Positions 19,376 to 30,459 of a stretch of DNA of 64,000 nucleotides are shown here, piece after piece. The translations under genes were made by a program, and so were the position numbers. The notes under the pieces are model-generated. The model saw only the letters and a list, made by a program, of their open reading frames with translations. It searched no databases and was not told where the DNA came from. The stretch is from Arenicellales bacterium (GTDB taxonomy: Bacteria; Pseudomonadota; Gammaproteobacteria; Arenicellales; JAJDZL01): NCBI GenBank assembly GCA_965203865.1, contig OZ241916.1, positions 2,872,738 through 2,936,737 on the forward strand, read 5' to 3'. Every line of letters starts with the position of its first letter. Within the stretch, counting starts at the first letter, position 1.

Positions 19376-21013
19376 CTACTTCAAAGGAAGCCCTTTATAT
19401 CTTCTGTACTTGTTCCACAATTCCGCCTGCTTTACCGGGTCAGTTTCTTCCATAGCTGCTTCACGAAGCTGCCTGGCAATAATGGAATCATTGTCTACCG
19501 GAGGTATATCTTCGGGCAACTGTCCATTGGTGGGGGTAGGTGGAACCGTATCCAAAGTTGCCAATTCGGACTCAGCACCTTGCTCGCCGCCTCCACCTGC
19601 TGGCGGTTGGGAATCGACTTCAGAATCAGCGGACTCCGTTCCCTGCATATTAGCACTTGCTATGGCATCGCCTTGCGTCCCGCCGCCTGCTGGCGATTGG
19701 GAATCAATTTCAGAGCCGGCGAGTTCCGTTCCCTGCATCTCAGCACTTGCAGTGGCATCACCTTGCGACTCGGCTTTAGTCTGACTGTATTCGGACCCAG
19801 TTCCCTGTAGTTCGCCATCACTATCTGAACTGCCGCTATTTGATGCAGATACTGTGTCATCGCATGGGGCACGATGCAACGATTCCATCAACAACCCGTC
19901 AAGCAGTTCAATCTTTTCCTCGCGAGTCAGATTCACATTGTCAAGGTTGGGTGCTGTAATCGTATTGCAATCTTGTAATTCTGAAAGCCCTCCGATTGAA
20001 CCTTGTGCATAACTACCATAATTCAAGGGAAGATTTTTATGTTTTCTGTACTCGTTCCACAATTCCGCCTGCTTTGCCGGATCAGTTTCTTCCATGGCTG
20101 CTTCACGAAGTTGCCTGGCAATAATGGAGTCATGGTCTGCAGGAGGTATATCTTCAGGCACCTGTCCATTGGATGCAGCAGAAGCTGTATTCAATGTTGC
20201 CAATTCGGACCCAACACCTTGCTCTCCCCCTGCCGGCGGTTGAGAATCAATTCCAGAGCCAACGGACTCCGTCCCCGGAATATCAGTACTAGCCGTAGCA
20301 TTGCCCTGCGTCGTCCCGCCTTCGCTTGTCGTCGGCCGGGGAGCAGTGCCAGAACTACCGGACCCTGTTCCCTGCAAACCAGCACTTGCCATAGAATCGC
20401 CCTGCGCCCCACCTTCGCCTGTCGACGGCTGGAAACCAATTCCAGAATTGACAGACTCCGTTCCCTGCAAACCAGCACTTGCCATAGAATCGCCCTGCGT
20501 CCCACCTTCGCCTGTCGACGGCTGGAAATCAATTCCAGAATTGACAGACTCCATTTCCTGCATACCGGCGCTCAACCCGGTATCGCCTTGCGAACCGCCT
20601 TCACTTGCTGACGATTGGGAGCCAGTGCCAGAACCATCGGATTCCGTTCCCTGCAAACCAGCACTTGCGGTGGAATCACCTTGTGACTCGCCTTTGCCCT
20701 GACTGTATTCAGACCCAGTTCCTTGTAATCCACCATCACTATCTGAATTGCCGCTATCTGAACCATCACCATTTGATGCAGATGCTGTGCTGTCGCATGG
20801 GACAGCACGATTCAACGGGTCTACCAGCAACCCATCAAGCAGTTTAACTTTTTCCTCACGAGTCAGATTCACATTGTCGAGATTGGGTACTGTAATCGTA
20901 TTGCAGTCTTGTAATTCTGAAATACTCTTGGTCTGACTTTGTGCATAACAGCTAATATGCAGCATTCCTGAGAGGGTGCAAACTAGCAAGGCAAGCAAAT
21001 ATTTTTTACACAT
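19376..21013 (-). CDS. secreted acidic repeat protein with a two-fold module duplication and nested roughly 31-aa tandem repeats
   Basis: 545-aa ORF with signal peptide MCKKYLLALLVCTLSGMLHISCYA. The module ELQDCNTIT.PNLDNVNLTREEK...DSIIARQLREAAMEETDP..QAELWN.YR occurs twice. Internal G/S/T/E/Q-rich repeats such as GDSMASAGLQGTESVNSGIGFQPSTGEGGAQ are present. Confidence 0.8.
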   Translation of the reverse strand: MCKKYLLALLVCTLSGMLHISCYAQSQTKSISELQDCNTITVPNLDNVNLTREEKVKLLDGLLVDPLNRAVPCDSTASASNGDGSDSGNSDSDGGLQGTGSEYSQGKGESQGDSTASAGLQGTESDGSGTGSQSSASEGGSQGDTGLSAGMQEMESVNSGIDFQPSTGEGGTQGDSMASAGLQGTESVNSGIGFQPSTGEGGAQGDSMASAGLQGTGSGSSGTAPRPTTSEGGTTQGNATASTDIPGTESVGSGIDSQPPAGGEQGVGSELATLNTASAASNGQVPEDIPPADHDSIIARQLREAAMEETDPAKQAELWNEYRKHKNLPLNYGSYAQGSIGGLSELQDCNTITAPNLDNVNLTREEKIELLDGLLMESLHRAPCDDTVSASNSGSSDSDGELQGTGSEYSQTKAESQGDATASAEMQGTELAGSEIDSQSPAGGGTQGDAIASANMQGTESADSEVDSQPPAGGGGEQGAESELATLDTVPPTPTNGQLPEDIPPVDNDSIIARQLREAAMEETDPVKQAELWNKYRRYKGLPLK

Positions 21014-21095
21014 TACAAAAATTCACTTCACTTGGACCAACTGATTTTCAACCATGAATGTGTTGAATGTAGTCTTGATACGCCCTATCTTAGAT

Positions 21096-21115
21096 TTCTA
21101 TTTCTTGAAATAGAA
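21096..21115. promoter_or_regulatory. perfect 9-bp inverted repeat TTCTATTTC-tt-GAAATAGAA (candidate operator)
   Basis: Read directly. It lies about 85 nt upstream of the repeat-protein start, in the 450-nt divergent intergenic region. Confidence 0.3.
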
Positions 21116-21466
21116 TGTTCTTTTTACTGTGAATGTCTTGGCTCTCTGATTCACGGGGTACGGTAAAAATGATTGTATGGAATTTTGAGTTAGTCTGACT
21201 TCCTGCCCACGACACTGCAAGGTCACAAGAAATTGAGCTCCAAGATATTCTGTTAATAGCAAAGTTTCGTGATAGGCTAGTTATGATTGTGAAAACCTTT
21301 ATAGGCTTTCCATTTTAAAAGAAATTTCACGTTAAAATCAAGAAAATCGCGGCAAATGCGAGCAATATGAATCAAGCGAGACGATGCTAAATGGGATAAT
21401 GTTAAATGCTACCGAGCTTGGTGTAGCTATAATCAATTTTATAATTCAAACACATTTAAAATTGGA

Positions 21467-21946
21467 GTGGTTGTGAAAAAGAGTACGCTAATTGTATTAA
21501 TTCTATTGTTTTCATTCTTGCAAGGATGTGCAACAAATTACCAGGCACAGGGATTAACAGGAGGATTTACTGAAACGCAGCTAGATAAAAATGTATTCAA
21601 AGTATCGTTTCGTGGTAACGGGTACACAAGCCCAGAAAGAGCATCCGACTTGGCGCTGTTACGAAGTGCTGAACTTACTTTACTGCATGGCTACAAATAC
21701 TTTATTGTGGTCGAAAATTCAGATGTGGTTAATGTGAGTACATATACAACACCTACAACCAGTTACACAACATTCTATGGCAATACTGCGCAGACATATA
21801 CCTACGGTGGGCAAACTTACAATACATCTAGACCAAATTCTACAAATGTTATCGTCTGTTTTGATGAAAAACCTGATAATGCTGTTCTTTCATATAACGC
21901 AGAATTTGTTTATAAACAACTCTCTGCAAAGTATGAAATCCAGTGA
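21467..21946 (+). CDS. small lipoprotein (CC0125/CC1285-like family, recalled from memory)
   Basis: 159-aa ORF with lipobox LLFSFLQGC. The motif GGFTETQLDKNVFKVSFRGNGYTSPERASDLALLRSAELTL..GYKYF is one I recognise from a conserved lipoprotein family. Confidence 0.7.
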   Translation: MVVKKSTLIVLILLFSFLQGCATNYQAQGLTGGFTETQLDKNVFKVSFRGNGYTSPERASDLALLRSAELTLLHGYKYFIVVENSDVVNVSTYTTPTTSYTTFYGNTAQTYTYGGQTYNTSRPNSTNVIVCFDEKPDNAVLSYNAEFVYKQLSAKYEIQ

Positions 21947-21987
21947 TTGTATAGTTGATTGGAATTATAGTTTCATTACGATATTTC

Positions 21988-22030
21988 ATAAGTGCCCATA
22001 AGTACCCATAGGTACCCATAAGTACCCCAT
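21988..22030. repeat. four tandem copies of a 10-bp unit ATARGTRCCC
   Basis: Sequence reads ataagtgccc ataagtaccc ataggtaccc ataagtacccc. It sits in the 127-nt gap between convergent gene ends. Confidence 0.85.
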
Positions 22031-22073
22031 GCACTTCAAAGATGCTATTGAATCAAAATTTCACTGTTTGAAT

Positions 22074-23489
22074 TTAATCTTGCCTGATTTTCCAGCGTGC
22101 AGTTCTACCACGACCAGAAGAGACGATCTTGCCTTGCTCCCTGAGATTGTCCAAAGCTCTTCTGATTTGCCGTTCAGATGCGAATGAGCCTACGCGAGAA
22201 GAAATTTCTTCAAATGACAGGCCGTCAGCCGCATCCAACAATAAATGCAGAATATCAGCTTGCCTTTCAGGAAGAGTCCTTCTCACACGCTGGTCCAGAA
22301 GTGATTGACTGTTGCGGCGAAAGCGTACAGTAACACATCCACCTGCATCTTCTATTTCAGGATTCGGCAATCCTGCGTCAGATAGCCATTCTGCAATCCT
22401 GATTGTACCGCGCCCCCATTCTTCAATAATGCCACTCAAAAAGAAACTGCGAGCAATCAGTGGATTCCACGGTTGAGAATCATGCGGCAAAAATAATTTT
22501 TCCGGTGTAAGTCCAAAATGCAATGACCCTGATGAGGTAATTTCAAGACGATCATCATAAACAGCCACACCAACAGATCCCCCAAGAATCAAGTAGTCCC
22601 GGTGACAAAAAGCATTTGCGAGAGCTTCTCGAATTGCTTCCCAAGGGTAAAGTGGTTTATCAATGCGCTCAGATCTACCCTCCTCAAATCTACTTGCTAT
22701 TGGTAGATGATCTCTTAAAAATCGCTCTGCATCTGAAAATAGCTTAAAGGCGTTTCCACGATACTGGCGATTGTCCGATATTTCAGTGCGATCCAACCCT
22801 CGAAACCTGGCGGTACGGAGCAAACATTGAGGGTAGTCAAATTCTATGCGTTCTGTATTGCCATATAGAACAACAGCTGCCTGTAGTAACTGACCATCTT
22901 GAATCAACCTCAACCCTCTTAACATATCAATTGGGTCTCGAGATACATAACCATCCAGCATACCTCGTTGAATTGCAATAGACACTACGCGAAAAATCTC
23001 TGATTCATCCAGGTCATCAATCGACCAATTTGCGGCAACCTGATTCTCCCATCTTTGTCGAGAGTGCATGCTCTCCAGTATCATCTGCTTGTATTCATCT
23101 GATGAAACCGCAATCGTAGTATTGCCAACCCTTCGATACGGCAATCCGCGATAAACATAAGGGTCTGACCTGCCTGCTTTTACTTCTACCGCGAGCACCT
23201 CAAGATTGCCACCAATTTGAATTCTCTCAATAGCTGGAAATACAGACGGTTCAATTCTTTGAAATTCAGCGCTTAATCTTTCAATTGTTTGCTCAGAAAC
23301 TTTTTGACCAATAACTCTTCCACTTTGTTCAATTCCAAACAGAATATATCCACCTCGCTGATTGAGCATTGCACACATAGTTTTTGCGGCTTCCCGACGT
23401 GCACCGGTCATTCGTTTAAATTCAAGCGTCTCTGATTCACCCGCTTTAACCTGATACTTGATTTGCTCGAGATTCATTGCTGCATTCAC
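22074..23489 (-). CDS. AlbA_2 (Schlafen-like DNA-binding) / HATPase_c_4-type ATP-binding protein with C-terminal wHTH
   Basis: 471-aa ORF. N-terminal GESETLEFKR is typical of the AlbA_2 domain. The central ANAFCHRDY motif and a C-terminal winged-helix-like tail (IRRALDNLREQGKIV) follow. Confidence 0.7.
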   Translation of the reverse strand: MNAAMNLEQIKYQVKAGESETLEFKRMTGARREAAKTMCAMLNQRGGYILFGIEQSGRVIGQKVSEQTIERLSAEFQRIEPSVFPAIERIQIGGNLEVLAVEVKAGRSDPYVYRGLPYRRVGNTTIAVSSDEYKQMILESMHSRQRWENQVAANWSIDDLDESEIFRVVSIAIQRGMLDGYVSRDPIDMLRGLRLIQDGQLLQAAVVLYGNTERIEFDYPQCLLRTARFRGLDRTEISDNRQYRGNAFKLFSDAERFLRDHLPIASRFEEGRSERIDKPLYPWEAIREALANAFCHRDYLILGGSVGVAVYDDRLEITSSGSLHFGLTPEKLFLPHDSQPWNPLIARSFFLSGIIEEWGRGTIRIAEWLSDAGLPNPEIEDAGGCVTVRFRRNSQSLLDQRVRRTLPERQADILHLLLDAADGLSFEEISSRVGSFASERQIRRALDNLREQGKIVSSGRGRTARWKIRQD

Positions 23490-23588
23490 ACTAATTTTGG
23501 AATTTGAACAAATAATGTAGATTCAATTGATTTTAAAGTGATAGCCACAGTATCCATGGCTGTATTTGAAGTTTATTATCAAGCAATC

Positions 23589-24995
23589 TTAAATAGAATT
23601 GCAAACCAGCGTCTTATACTGAGGCTGGATTGAAATGAGTTCATTGCGGAAATCCTCCCGTATTCTGTTCAAGCCAGCTTCGGTATCCGCTTCAAATCGA
23701 AAAACAACTTCGGGCGCTGTGTTTGAAGCTCGCATCAATCCGAACCCGTCCGGAAAATCTGCTCGTACGCCATCAAGAAAATTTAATTCAGCATTTGGAA
23801 ATTTCACTTTTTCCTTGAATTGTTCAACCAACTTGTGCGGGTCGTGAACCTGAACACGAATTTCAGGAGTACCAATCAGTTTTGGCAAGCTTGAAAATAC
23901 TTCTGATACGCTTCGAGTTTCGTTGGAAAGCAGTTCGCACAGCCGAACACCTGCGTATATTCCATCGTCAAAGCCATACCAGCAATCTGCAAAGAAAAAA
24001 TGCCCGCTCATTTCGCCCCCCAGTTTTCCTCCACACTCTGCAAGTTTTGCCTTCAAAAGCGAATGCCCGGTTTTCCACATAATTCCCACGCCGTCGGCTT
24101 TTTCAATTTCGCGCTTCAATGCTCGCGTACACTTCACATCAAATACAATGGAACTGCTAGGATTTCGTTTCAAAACATCCTGGGCAAACAGAATCATCAA
24201 TCGGTCTGGCCAAACAATCTCGCCATCTGGTGAAATCGCAACCAGACGGTCACCATCTCCATCCAGTGCGAGTCCAAGGTCAGCTTTGCTTTCTCGTACT
24301 TTTGCAATCAAATCCTGCAAATTTTCAACACGTGTCGGATCTGCACCATGATTTGGGAACGAACTGTCAACTTCACAATACAACTCTTCTACTTCGCAAC
24401 CGATTCTATGAAGTATCTGAGGAGCAATTGAACCTGCAACTCCATTGGCACAATCCAGTACGATTCGTAGCTGCCGCCGGCCCATTCGGATGCCTGAGCA
24501 AACTCTATTCGAGTAGTCTTGAACGACAGATTGCTCGGTTAATTTTCCTTTCCCCTGGACATACTGCTTTCGCACAATTGTGTCGCGTAGAATCTGAATG
24601 TCTTCACCATAGATTGAACGGCCATCCAAAACCAGTTTCACACCGTTGTATTCAGGAGGGTTATGGCTCGCAGTAACCATCAACCCAGTCCGAGTATTCA
24701 AATGATGCGTAGCAAAATAAACTACAGGCGTTGGCACCATTCCAATGTCAACCGCATTGCATCCAGTCGACAGCAAGCCGTCAATCAGTGCTGACTTGAA
24801 TTCTGGACTTGAATCCCGGCCATCGCATCCAACTACAACTTCATGGATTGATTTTCCAAGAGCGGCTGTACCAAATGCACAACCAATCTCATGCATCAAC
24901 TCGGCTGTAAGCGTTTCTCCGACCACGCCGCGAATGTCATACATTTGAAAGATACTCCGGGGAACATCTCTCGCATGCTGTTCGTTGTCAGACAC
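23589..24995 (-). CDS. phosphomannomutase/phosphoglucomutase
   Basis: 468-aa ORF. Active-site loop VTASHNPPEYNGVK, metal site LALDGDGDRL, and GEMSGH. Confidence 0.92.
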   Translation of the reverse strand: MSDNEQHARDVPRSIFQMYDIRGVVGETLTAELMHEIGCAFGTAALGKSIHEVVVGCDGRDSSPEFKSALIDGLLSTGCNAVDIGMVPTPVVYFATHHLNTRTGLMVTASHNPPEYNGVKLVLDGRSIYGEDIQILRDTIVRKQYVQGKGKLTEQSVVQDYSNRVCSGIRMGRRQLRIVLDCANGVAGSIAPQILHRIGCEVEELYCEVDSSFPNHGADPTRVENLQDLIAKVRESKADLGLALDGDGDRLVAISPDGEIVWPDRLMILFAQDVLKRNPSSSIVFDVKCTRALKREIEKADGVGIMWKTGHSLLKAKLAECGGKLGGEMSGHFFFADCWYGFDDGIYAGVRLCELLSNETRSVSEVFSSLPKLIGTPEIRVQVHDPHKLVEQFKEKVKFPNAELNFLDGVRADFPDGFGLMRASNTAPEVVFRFEADTEAGLNRIREDFRNELISIQPQYKTLVCNSI

Positions 24996-26432
24996 CTATT
25001 TTCTGTTGGCTTTGTGAATTGCCATTTTATCGACTGCCAGTGCTGCTTCGTGAACCGCTTCGGATAATGTGGGGTGTGCGTGGATGGTTCTGGCCAGATC
25101 TTCAGCACTTGCCTGAAACTCCATTGCAACAACAGCCTCCGATATCAGCTCGGAAGCATGCGGACCGATAATATGCACTCCCTTTATTTTGTCATCTTTT
25201 GCGTCAGCAACAATTTTTACCAAGCCTGCAGTGTCATTCATGGCCATTGCACGGCCAGTAGCGGCGAATGGAAATGTTCCGCAATTGCAGGATTCGCCGT
25301 TTGCACTCGCCTGCTTTTCTGTCAATCCGACCCACGCGATTTCAGGCGAGGTATAAATCGCCCAAGGAACGGTAGCGTAATTCATGTGCCCATGTCCGGT
25401 AGCGATTCTCTCTGCAACTGCGATGCCTTCTTCCGAACCCTTGTGCGCGAGCATCGGGCCCCTTACACTGTCACCAACCGCATAAACATTTTCCACACCG
25501 GTTTGGCATTGCTCATCTACTACAATAAATCCCCGCTCGTCTAGTTGAACCCCTGCATCTTCGGCAATCAGGTTGTCTGTGCAGGGCCGTCTGCCAACAC
25601 ATACGATCAACCGGTCTGCTGCAAGCTCGTGTTCTTTCCCATCCAGAGAATAATTGATTGAGACACTTCGAGACGTAGCTTTTGCACTTTGCACACTTGC
25701 ACCGAGCTTTATGTCCAAGCCTTGTTTTGTGAATTGCCTGAACGCTTCCCGGGAAATTTCATGATCCACAGTTGGCAAAAATTCATCCATTGCTTCCAGA
25801 ATTGTTACGTTTGACCCGAGTCGGCGCCACACGCTTCCCAGCTCCAGACCTATCACCCCTGCTCCAACGATTCCCAAGCTTTTTGGAACATCATCGAAAG
25901 ACAGGGCACCTTCGGAGTCAACGATTCGCTTTCCATCGAACTTCATGCTCGGTAATTCAATAGGCGTAGAGCCACTGGCAAGTATTACGTTTTCTGCTTT
26001 GATTTCACCAGTTTTTTCCCCGGTGCTTACATCCAGCAACTCGATCTTTCGATTCGGGGCCAACCTTCCGTGGGCATGAACCGAGTCAACATTATTCGCC
26101 TTTAACAGCGAAGCAACGCCCCGGGTCAACCCCTGTACAATGGTATCTTTACGCTTCATCATTGTGCCCAAATCTATAGACACTGAATCAGCAAGAATTC
26201 CATGGTCGCTGTAGGAGTGCAAAAGATTGTGATAGCGTTCTGTTGAATCAAGCAAAGCCTTTGACGGAATGCATCCAACATTCAGACAAGTTCCTCCCAA
26301 AGCAGGCGAACCATCGCTCCTTGTCCATCGATCAATGCAAACTGACTTGAGCCCGAGTTGACCGCATCGGATCGCTGCCACATATCCAGCAGGCCCTGCT
26401 CCAATAACTGCTACGTCGTAGGAATCAGACAC
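24996..26432 (-). CDS. lpdA: dihydrolipoyl dehydrogenase (E3)
   Basis: 478-aa ORF. FAD motif VIGAGPAGY, redox-active GGTCLNVGCIPSK, and C-terminal HAHPTLSE. It lies downstream of sucAB. Confidence 0.95.
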   Translation of the reverse strand: MSDSYDVAVIGAGPAGYVAAIRCGQLGLKSVCIDRWTRSDGSPALGGTCLNVGCIPSKALLDSTERYHNLLHSYSDHGILADSVSIDLGTMMKRKDTIVQGLTRGVASLLKANNVDSVHAHGRLAPNRKIELLDVSTGEKTGEIKAENVILASGSTPIELPSMKFDGKRIVDSEGALSFDDVPKSLGIVGAGVIGLELGSVWRRLGSNVTILEAMDEFLPTVDHEISREAFRQFTKQGLDIKLGASVQSAKATSRSVSINYSLDGKEHELAADRLIVCVGRRPCTDNLIAEDAGVQLDERGFIVVDEQCQTGVENVYAVGDSVRGPMLAHKGSEEGIAVAERIATGHGHMNYATVPWAIYTSPEIAWVGLTEKQASANGESCNCGTFPFAATGRAMAMNDTAGLVKIVADAKDDKIKGVHIIGPHASELISEAVVAMEFQASAEDLARTIHAHPTLSEAVHEAALAVDKMAIHKANRK

Positions 26433-26444
26433 TTTAAGCTATTC

Positions 26445-27641
26445 TTAGAGCTCCAGCAATAGCCTGGTTGGATCTTCAAGGTTTTCTTTGATGCCCACCA
26501 GAAAAGTCACTGCTTCGCGCCCGTCGATGATTCTATGGTCGTACGTCAATGCCAGATACATCATGGGACGAATTACAACCTCCCCGTCTTCAGCAATCGG
26601 TCGCTCCTGAATCTTGTGCATGCCAAGAATTGCGCTTTGCGGCGGATTTACAATTGGAGTCGAAACCAATGACCCGAATACACCTCCATTGGTGATCGTA
26701 AATGTCCCGCCACTGAGCTCTTCCATGGAAAGGGTTCCAGACTTGGCTTTCTCCCCGAAACTCCGAATCTCCTTCTCTATATCGGCAAGAGACTTGTTCT
26801 GCGCGTTACGAACAATCGGAACAACCAGTCCTCGCGGCGAGGATACGGCAATCCCTACATCACAGTAGTCATGATAAACAATGTCGCTATCTTCAATAAA
26901 GGCGTTGACCGTCGGATTTGCCTTGAGTGCCTCAACGGAAGCCTTGACAAAGAATGACATGAAGCCCAGTCGAACACCATGCTTTGCCTCGAAAGCTTCC
27001 TGATGCCTGCTTCGAAGCTTCATCACTTCTTTCAGATTGACTTCGTTGAATGTAGTCAAAAGAGCGGCGGATTGCTGCGAGTAAAGAAGCCGGTCCGCAA
27101 TTGTGCGACGAATCCGGCTCATAGGTTCTCGTCGTTCGTTCCTTGAAGTAGACGGTTGTTCAACCTGAGGCGCAGGCGCTTCCGCGGGAGAAATCTCTGC
27201 TTCTGCCTGAGCTCCTGATTCGATATAGTTCAATACATCGCCTTTCAGGATTCGACCATCTTTGCCTGTTCCAGTAATTTCATCTGGCGATATGTCATGC
27301 TCATCCAAAAGACGGCGAACTGCCGGACTCAGCGCAGATTGATCCGATTTCTCAGATGAAACTTCTTCTGGAACCTGTTCCGGCGATTGCCTAGAAACAT
27401 CTACATCTGTTTCCAAAATTCCAAGCACATCGTCTGCATAGACCGTTTCGCCAACTTTTTTCAAGATATCCACCAGCTGTCCGTCTTGCGAGACCGGCAC
27501 TTCCAGAACGATTTTTTCTGTTTCAACGTCAACCAGAACTGAATCGCGTTCAATAACGTCGCCGACTTCCTTGTGCCAATTCAGCACAGTCGCTTCGCTT
27601 ACCGATTCCGGAAGCATTGGGGTTTTAATTTCAACTTGCAT
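26445..27641 (-). CDS. sucB: dihydrolipoyllysine-residue succinyltransferase (E2 of 2-oxoglutarate dehydrogenase)
   Basis: Likely start is [14 protein letters not shown], the internal Met of the 410-aa ORF. It overlaps the sucA stop by 11 nt. A lipoyl domain ([10 protein letters not shown]), a PSBB linker and the catalytic [12 protein letters not shown] are present. Confidence 0.93.
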   Translation of the reverse strand: MQVEIKTPMLPESVSEATVLNWHKEVGDVIERDSVLVDVETEKIVLEVPVSQDGQLVDILKKVGETVYADDVLGILETDVDVSRQSPEQVPEEVSSEKSDQSALSPAVRRLLDEHDISPDEITGTGKDGRILKGDVLNYIESGAQAEAEISPAEAPAPQVEQPSTSRNERREPMSRIRRTIADRLLYSQQSAALLTTFNEVNLKEVMKLRSRHQEAFEAKHGVRLGFMSFFVKASVEALKANPTVNAFIEDSDIVYHDYCDVGIAVSSPRGLVVPIVRNAQNKSLADIEKEIRSFGEKAKSGTLSMEELSGGTFTITNGGVFGSLVSTPIVNPPQSAILGMHKIQERPIAEDGEVVIRPMMYLALTYDHRIIDGREAVTFLVGIKENLEDPTRLLLEL

Positions 27642-30459
27642 AAGCTCTTGCCCCCTGCGTTTCTGTGATAGATGCAACTGTCATCACCTCTGTGATGAGT
27701 TTTTCCTGCTGTTCCAGATGCACCCGATAGTTCCCTACCGAAGGTGAGGCTGCTTCATCCCGGCTGGCTTGCAGAAGTTTTTGATTCGGTGCAAGGCAAT
27801 CTCTTATCAAGTGCCAAATCTGGTACCACGCTCCCTGGTTCTTGGGTTCCTCCTGGCACCAAAGAACTTCTTCTGCGTTGGGGTACAAGGCTAGAGTGTT
27901 TTTCAGTTCGTCGCCCGGAAACGGATACAACTGCTCTACGCGAACCAATGCAATATCATTAATATTCATGTGCTCCCGGATTTCCAGCAAGTCATAATAA
28001 ACCTTGCCTGAACAAAGCACAACTCGAACAACCCCTTCCTTGTCAATGGTCTCATCCATTTCATCAATAACATTTTGAAATCCGCCATCTGCCAATTGCT
28101 TCAAATCAGAAACCGCTCGCTTGTGTCTCAGCAGACTCTTGGGGGACATGACGATCAATGGATGCCGGAATTTTCGAATCGCCTGCCGACGCAGGAGATG
28201 GAATATCTGCGAAGGCAGTGTAGGCACGCATACCTGGATATTGTCATGCGCACACAACTGCAAAAATCGTTCAAGTCTTGCAGAGGAGTGCTCGGGGCCT
28301 TGGCCTTCGTAGCCATGCGGCAACAGCATCGTCAACCCGCACAGCCTGGCCCATTTTGCATCGCCGCTGGTTACAAACTGATCAATTACAATTTGTGCAC
28401 CGTTTGCAAAGTCTCCAAACTGGGCTTCCCAGACCACCAGGGCATCCGGGTCCGTAGTGGAAAATCCATATTCAAACCCGAGAACTGCTTCTTCAGACAG
28501 TAGAGAGTTGATTACTTGGCAACTGTGATTATGCCGGACCGAGTGGAGTTGATTGTGAACATCCCTGCTCAGTTGGTCGTGAAGCAGTGCATGCCGGTGA
28601 GAAAAAGTTCCGCGTCCTGAATCTTGGCCAGTCAACCGAACAAAATAGCCTTCGTCAATTAAAGACGCGTAAGCCATCATTTCCGCAAACCCCCAGTCGC
28701 CCGGGAGTTCGCCGCCAGCCATTTTGCTACGATCCGACATAAGCTTGCTCACTCGCGGATGAAGCTTGAATCCTTCCGGCAACTGCTGCATTTTCTCATC
28801 CAGTTCGCGAATCTTTTCCAGTGAAACCTTAGTATCAACAGGCGTATCCCATTTGGTTTCCAGATACGGTGTCCAGTCAATCATTTTTTCAGCCTTGGCG
28901 ATATCAATGATCTGCCCTGCAACTACTTCGCCGCGGTCCAGCGAATCACGGTATTCCACTAGCATCCGCTGCACATCTTCATCTGACAGCACACCCTGTT
29001 CAACCAGACGTTCTGCGTATTTACGACGAATCGGCGGCGTTTCACCGATAACCCGATACATGGTGGGCTGTGTCATTGTGGGCTCGTCCGCTTCATTATG
29101 TCCATGCCGTCTATAGCAAACCATGTCTATTACAACATCAGTATGAAACTTCATACGGTATTCATTTGCCAGCCTCACTACAAAAATAACTGCTTCGGGG
29201 TCGTCTCCATTGACATGGAATATGGGAGCCTGGACCATCTTGGCGACTTCGGTGCAGTAAGTGGTAGAACGCGCGTCTGCCCGATTGCTGGTGGTGAACC
29301 CGATCTGATTGTTGATGATAACGTGCAATGTCCCCCCGACATTGAAACCGCGCGTATGCGTCATATTGAGTGTTTCCATAACAACACCCTGACCTGCAAA
29401 TGCTGCATCTCCGTGAATCAGAATTGGGACTACCTGTTTTCTTTCTTCGTCTTTTCGACGGTGCTGCCGGGCGCGTACCGAGCCTTCAACCACCGGATTG
29501 ATAATTTCAAGATGCGAGGGATTGAAAGCCATTGCCACATGCACGATTCCGCCGGGAGTACTAATGTCGGACGATACTCCCTGGTGGTACTTCACATCGC
29601 CTTGTTCATTCATTCGCTTGCTATCGGCGCTGCTTTCCTTGCCTTCAAATTCGCCGAACAAATCCGACGGCGCTTTTCCAAGAATATTAACCAGCACGTT
29701 GAGTCGGCCACGGTGCGCCATTCCAATTACAATCTCCTGTGCACCGGCTTCGCCAAATAGCAGGATTGCTTCCCGAATTAAAGGTATCAGCGATTCTCCG
29801 CCTTCCAGCGAAAATCGTTTTTGACCGACATACTTGGAGTGAAGATAGGTCTCCAGTCCTTCCGCCATAGTCAGAAGCTTCAGAATTTCTCGTCGGTCAT
29901 CGTTACTGATTTTGGGTTTCAACTTGTCATTTTCCACTCTCTCCTGAAGCCACGCAGAACGCTCTGTGTCCGTGAGATACATGAATTCATAGCCAATTGA
30001 ACCGCAATACGTTCTTTCAAGGAAGTCGATGATGGAACGAAGCGGATTGGACTCGGAATCGGTAAGTGGGTCAAACTTGAACTTCGAGTCGAAATTCGCC
30101 TCTGTCAACCCCACTGATTCGAGGCTCAGATCAACAGAAATTCCATTGGTTGCCAACTCGAGCGGATCAAGATTTGCCTTTAAATGCCCGTAAACCTGGT
30201 ATCGACGAACCAGTCTCTGGACTGCTGCCTGCTTCCGGAGGTGTTCAGTATCAACCGACTCGCGAGCGTGTACGGGTGCTGATTTCCGAGGAGAACTTAA
30301 TTTGATGCTATCCAGATTTTGGAATGCGTTTTTCCAGTCCGCTGAAATACCATCAGAATTTGATTGATACCGTGAATACAACTGTTCAAGATATGCTGCA
30401 CTACCAGGTGTTAAGCATGTTTCATCAAATGGTTGGTTGGAAGGTGTAGATTTTGCCAT
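27631..30459 (-). CDS. sucA: 2-oxoglutarate dehydrogenase E1 component
   Basis: 942-aa ORF. Characteristic N-terminus [10 protein letters not shown], a ThDP region with [13 protein letters not shown], and SucA-like length. Confidence 0.95.
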   Translation of the reverse strand: MAKSTPSNQPFDETCLTPGSAAYLEQLYSRYQSNSDGISADWKNAFQNLDSIKLSSPRKSAPVHARESVDTEHLRKQAAVQRLVRRYQVYGHLKANLDPLELATNGISVDLSLESVGLTEANFDSKFKFDPLTDSESNPLRSIIDFLERTYCGSIGYEFMYLTDTERSAWLQERVENDKLKPKISNDDRREILKLLTMAEGLETYLHSKYVGQKRFSLEGGESLIPLIREAILLFGEAGAQEIVIGMAHRGRLNVLVNILGKAPSDLFGEFEGKESSADSKRMNEQGDVKYHQGVSSDISTPGGIVHVAMAFNPSHLEIINPVVEGSVRARQHRRKDEERKQVVPILIHGDAAFAGQGVVMETLNMTHTRGFNVGGTLHVIINNQIGFTTSNRADARSTTYCTEVAKMVQAPIFHVNGDDPEAVIFVVRLANEYRMKFHTDVVIDMVCYRRHGHNEADEPTMTQPTMYRVIGETPPIRRKYAERLVEQGVLSDEDVQRMLVEYRDSLDRGEVVAGQIIDIAKAEKMIDWTPYLETKWDTPVDTKVSLEKIRELDEKMQQLPEGFKLHPRVSKLMSDRSKMAGGELPGDWGFAEMMAYASLIDEGYFVRLTGQDSGRGTFSHRHALLHDQLSRDVHNQLHSVRHNHSCQVINSLLSEEAVLGFEYGFSTTDPDALVVWEAQFGDFANGAQIVIDQFVTSGDAKWARLCGLTMLLPHGYEGQGPEHSSARLERFLQLCAHDNIQVCVPTLPSQIFHLLRRQAIRKFRHPLIVMSPKSLLRHKRAVSDLKQLADGGFQNVIDEMDETIDKEGVVRVVLCSGKVYYDLLEIREHMNINDIALVRVEQLYPFPGDELKNTLALYPNAEEVLWCQEEPKNQGAWYQIWHLIRDCLAPNQKLLQASRDEAASPSVGNYRVHLEQQEKLITEVMTVASITETQGARAYAS

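Noticed and set aside
19410-20847. Many 60-200-codon ORFs in all frames and on both strands across the repeat-protein gene (e.g. 20003..20611 +, 20301..20702 +, 20191..20532 -).
   Set aside because: They are mirror or shifted readings of a low-complexity tandem-repeat region. Only the minus-strand 545-aa frame has a signal peptide, a start context and non-repetitive conserved modules.
21988-22030. Possible CRISPR-like array.
   Set aside because: The 10-bp units are directly abutting with no spacers, there are only four copies, and there are no cas genes.
29098-29760. 220-aa plus-strand ORF inside sucA, and similar antisense ORFs in sucA, sucB, lpdA and the phosphomannomutase gene (e.g. 25074..25544, 23923..24351, 24230..24676).
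   Set aside because: They are antisense to highly conserved enzyme genes, so they are composition artefacts.
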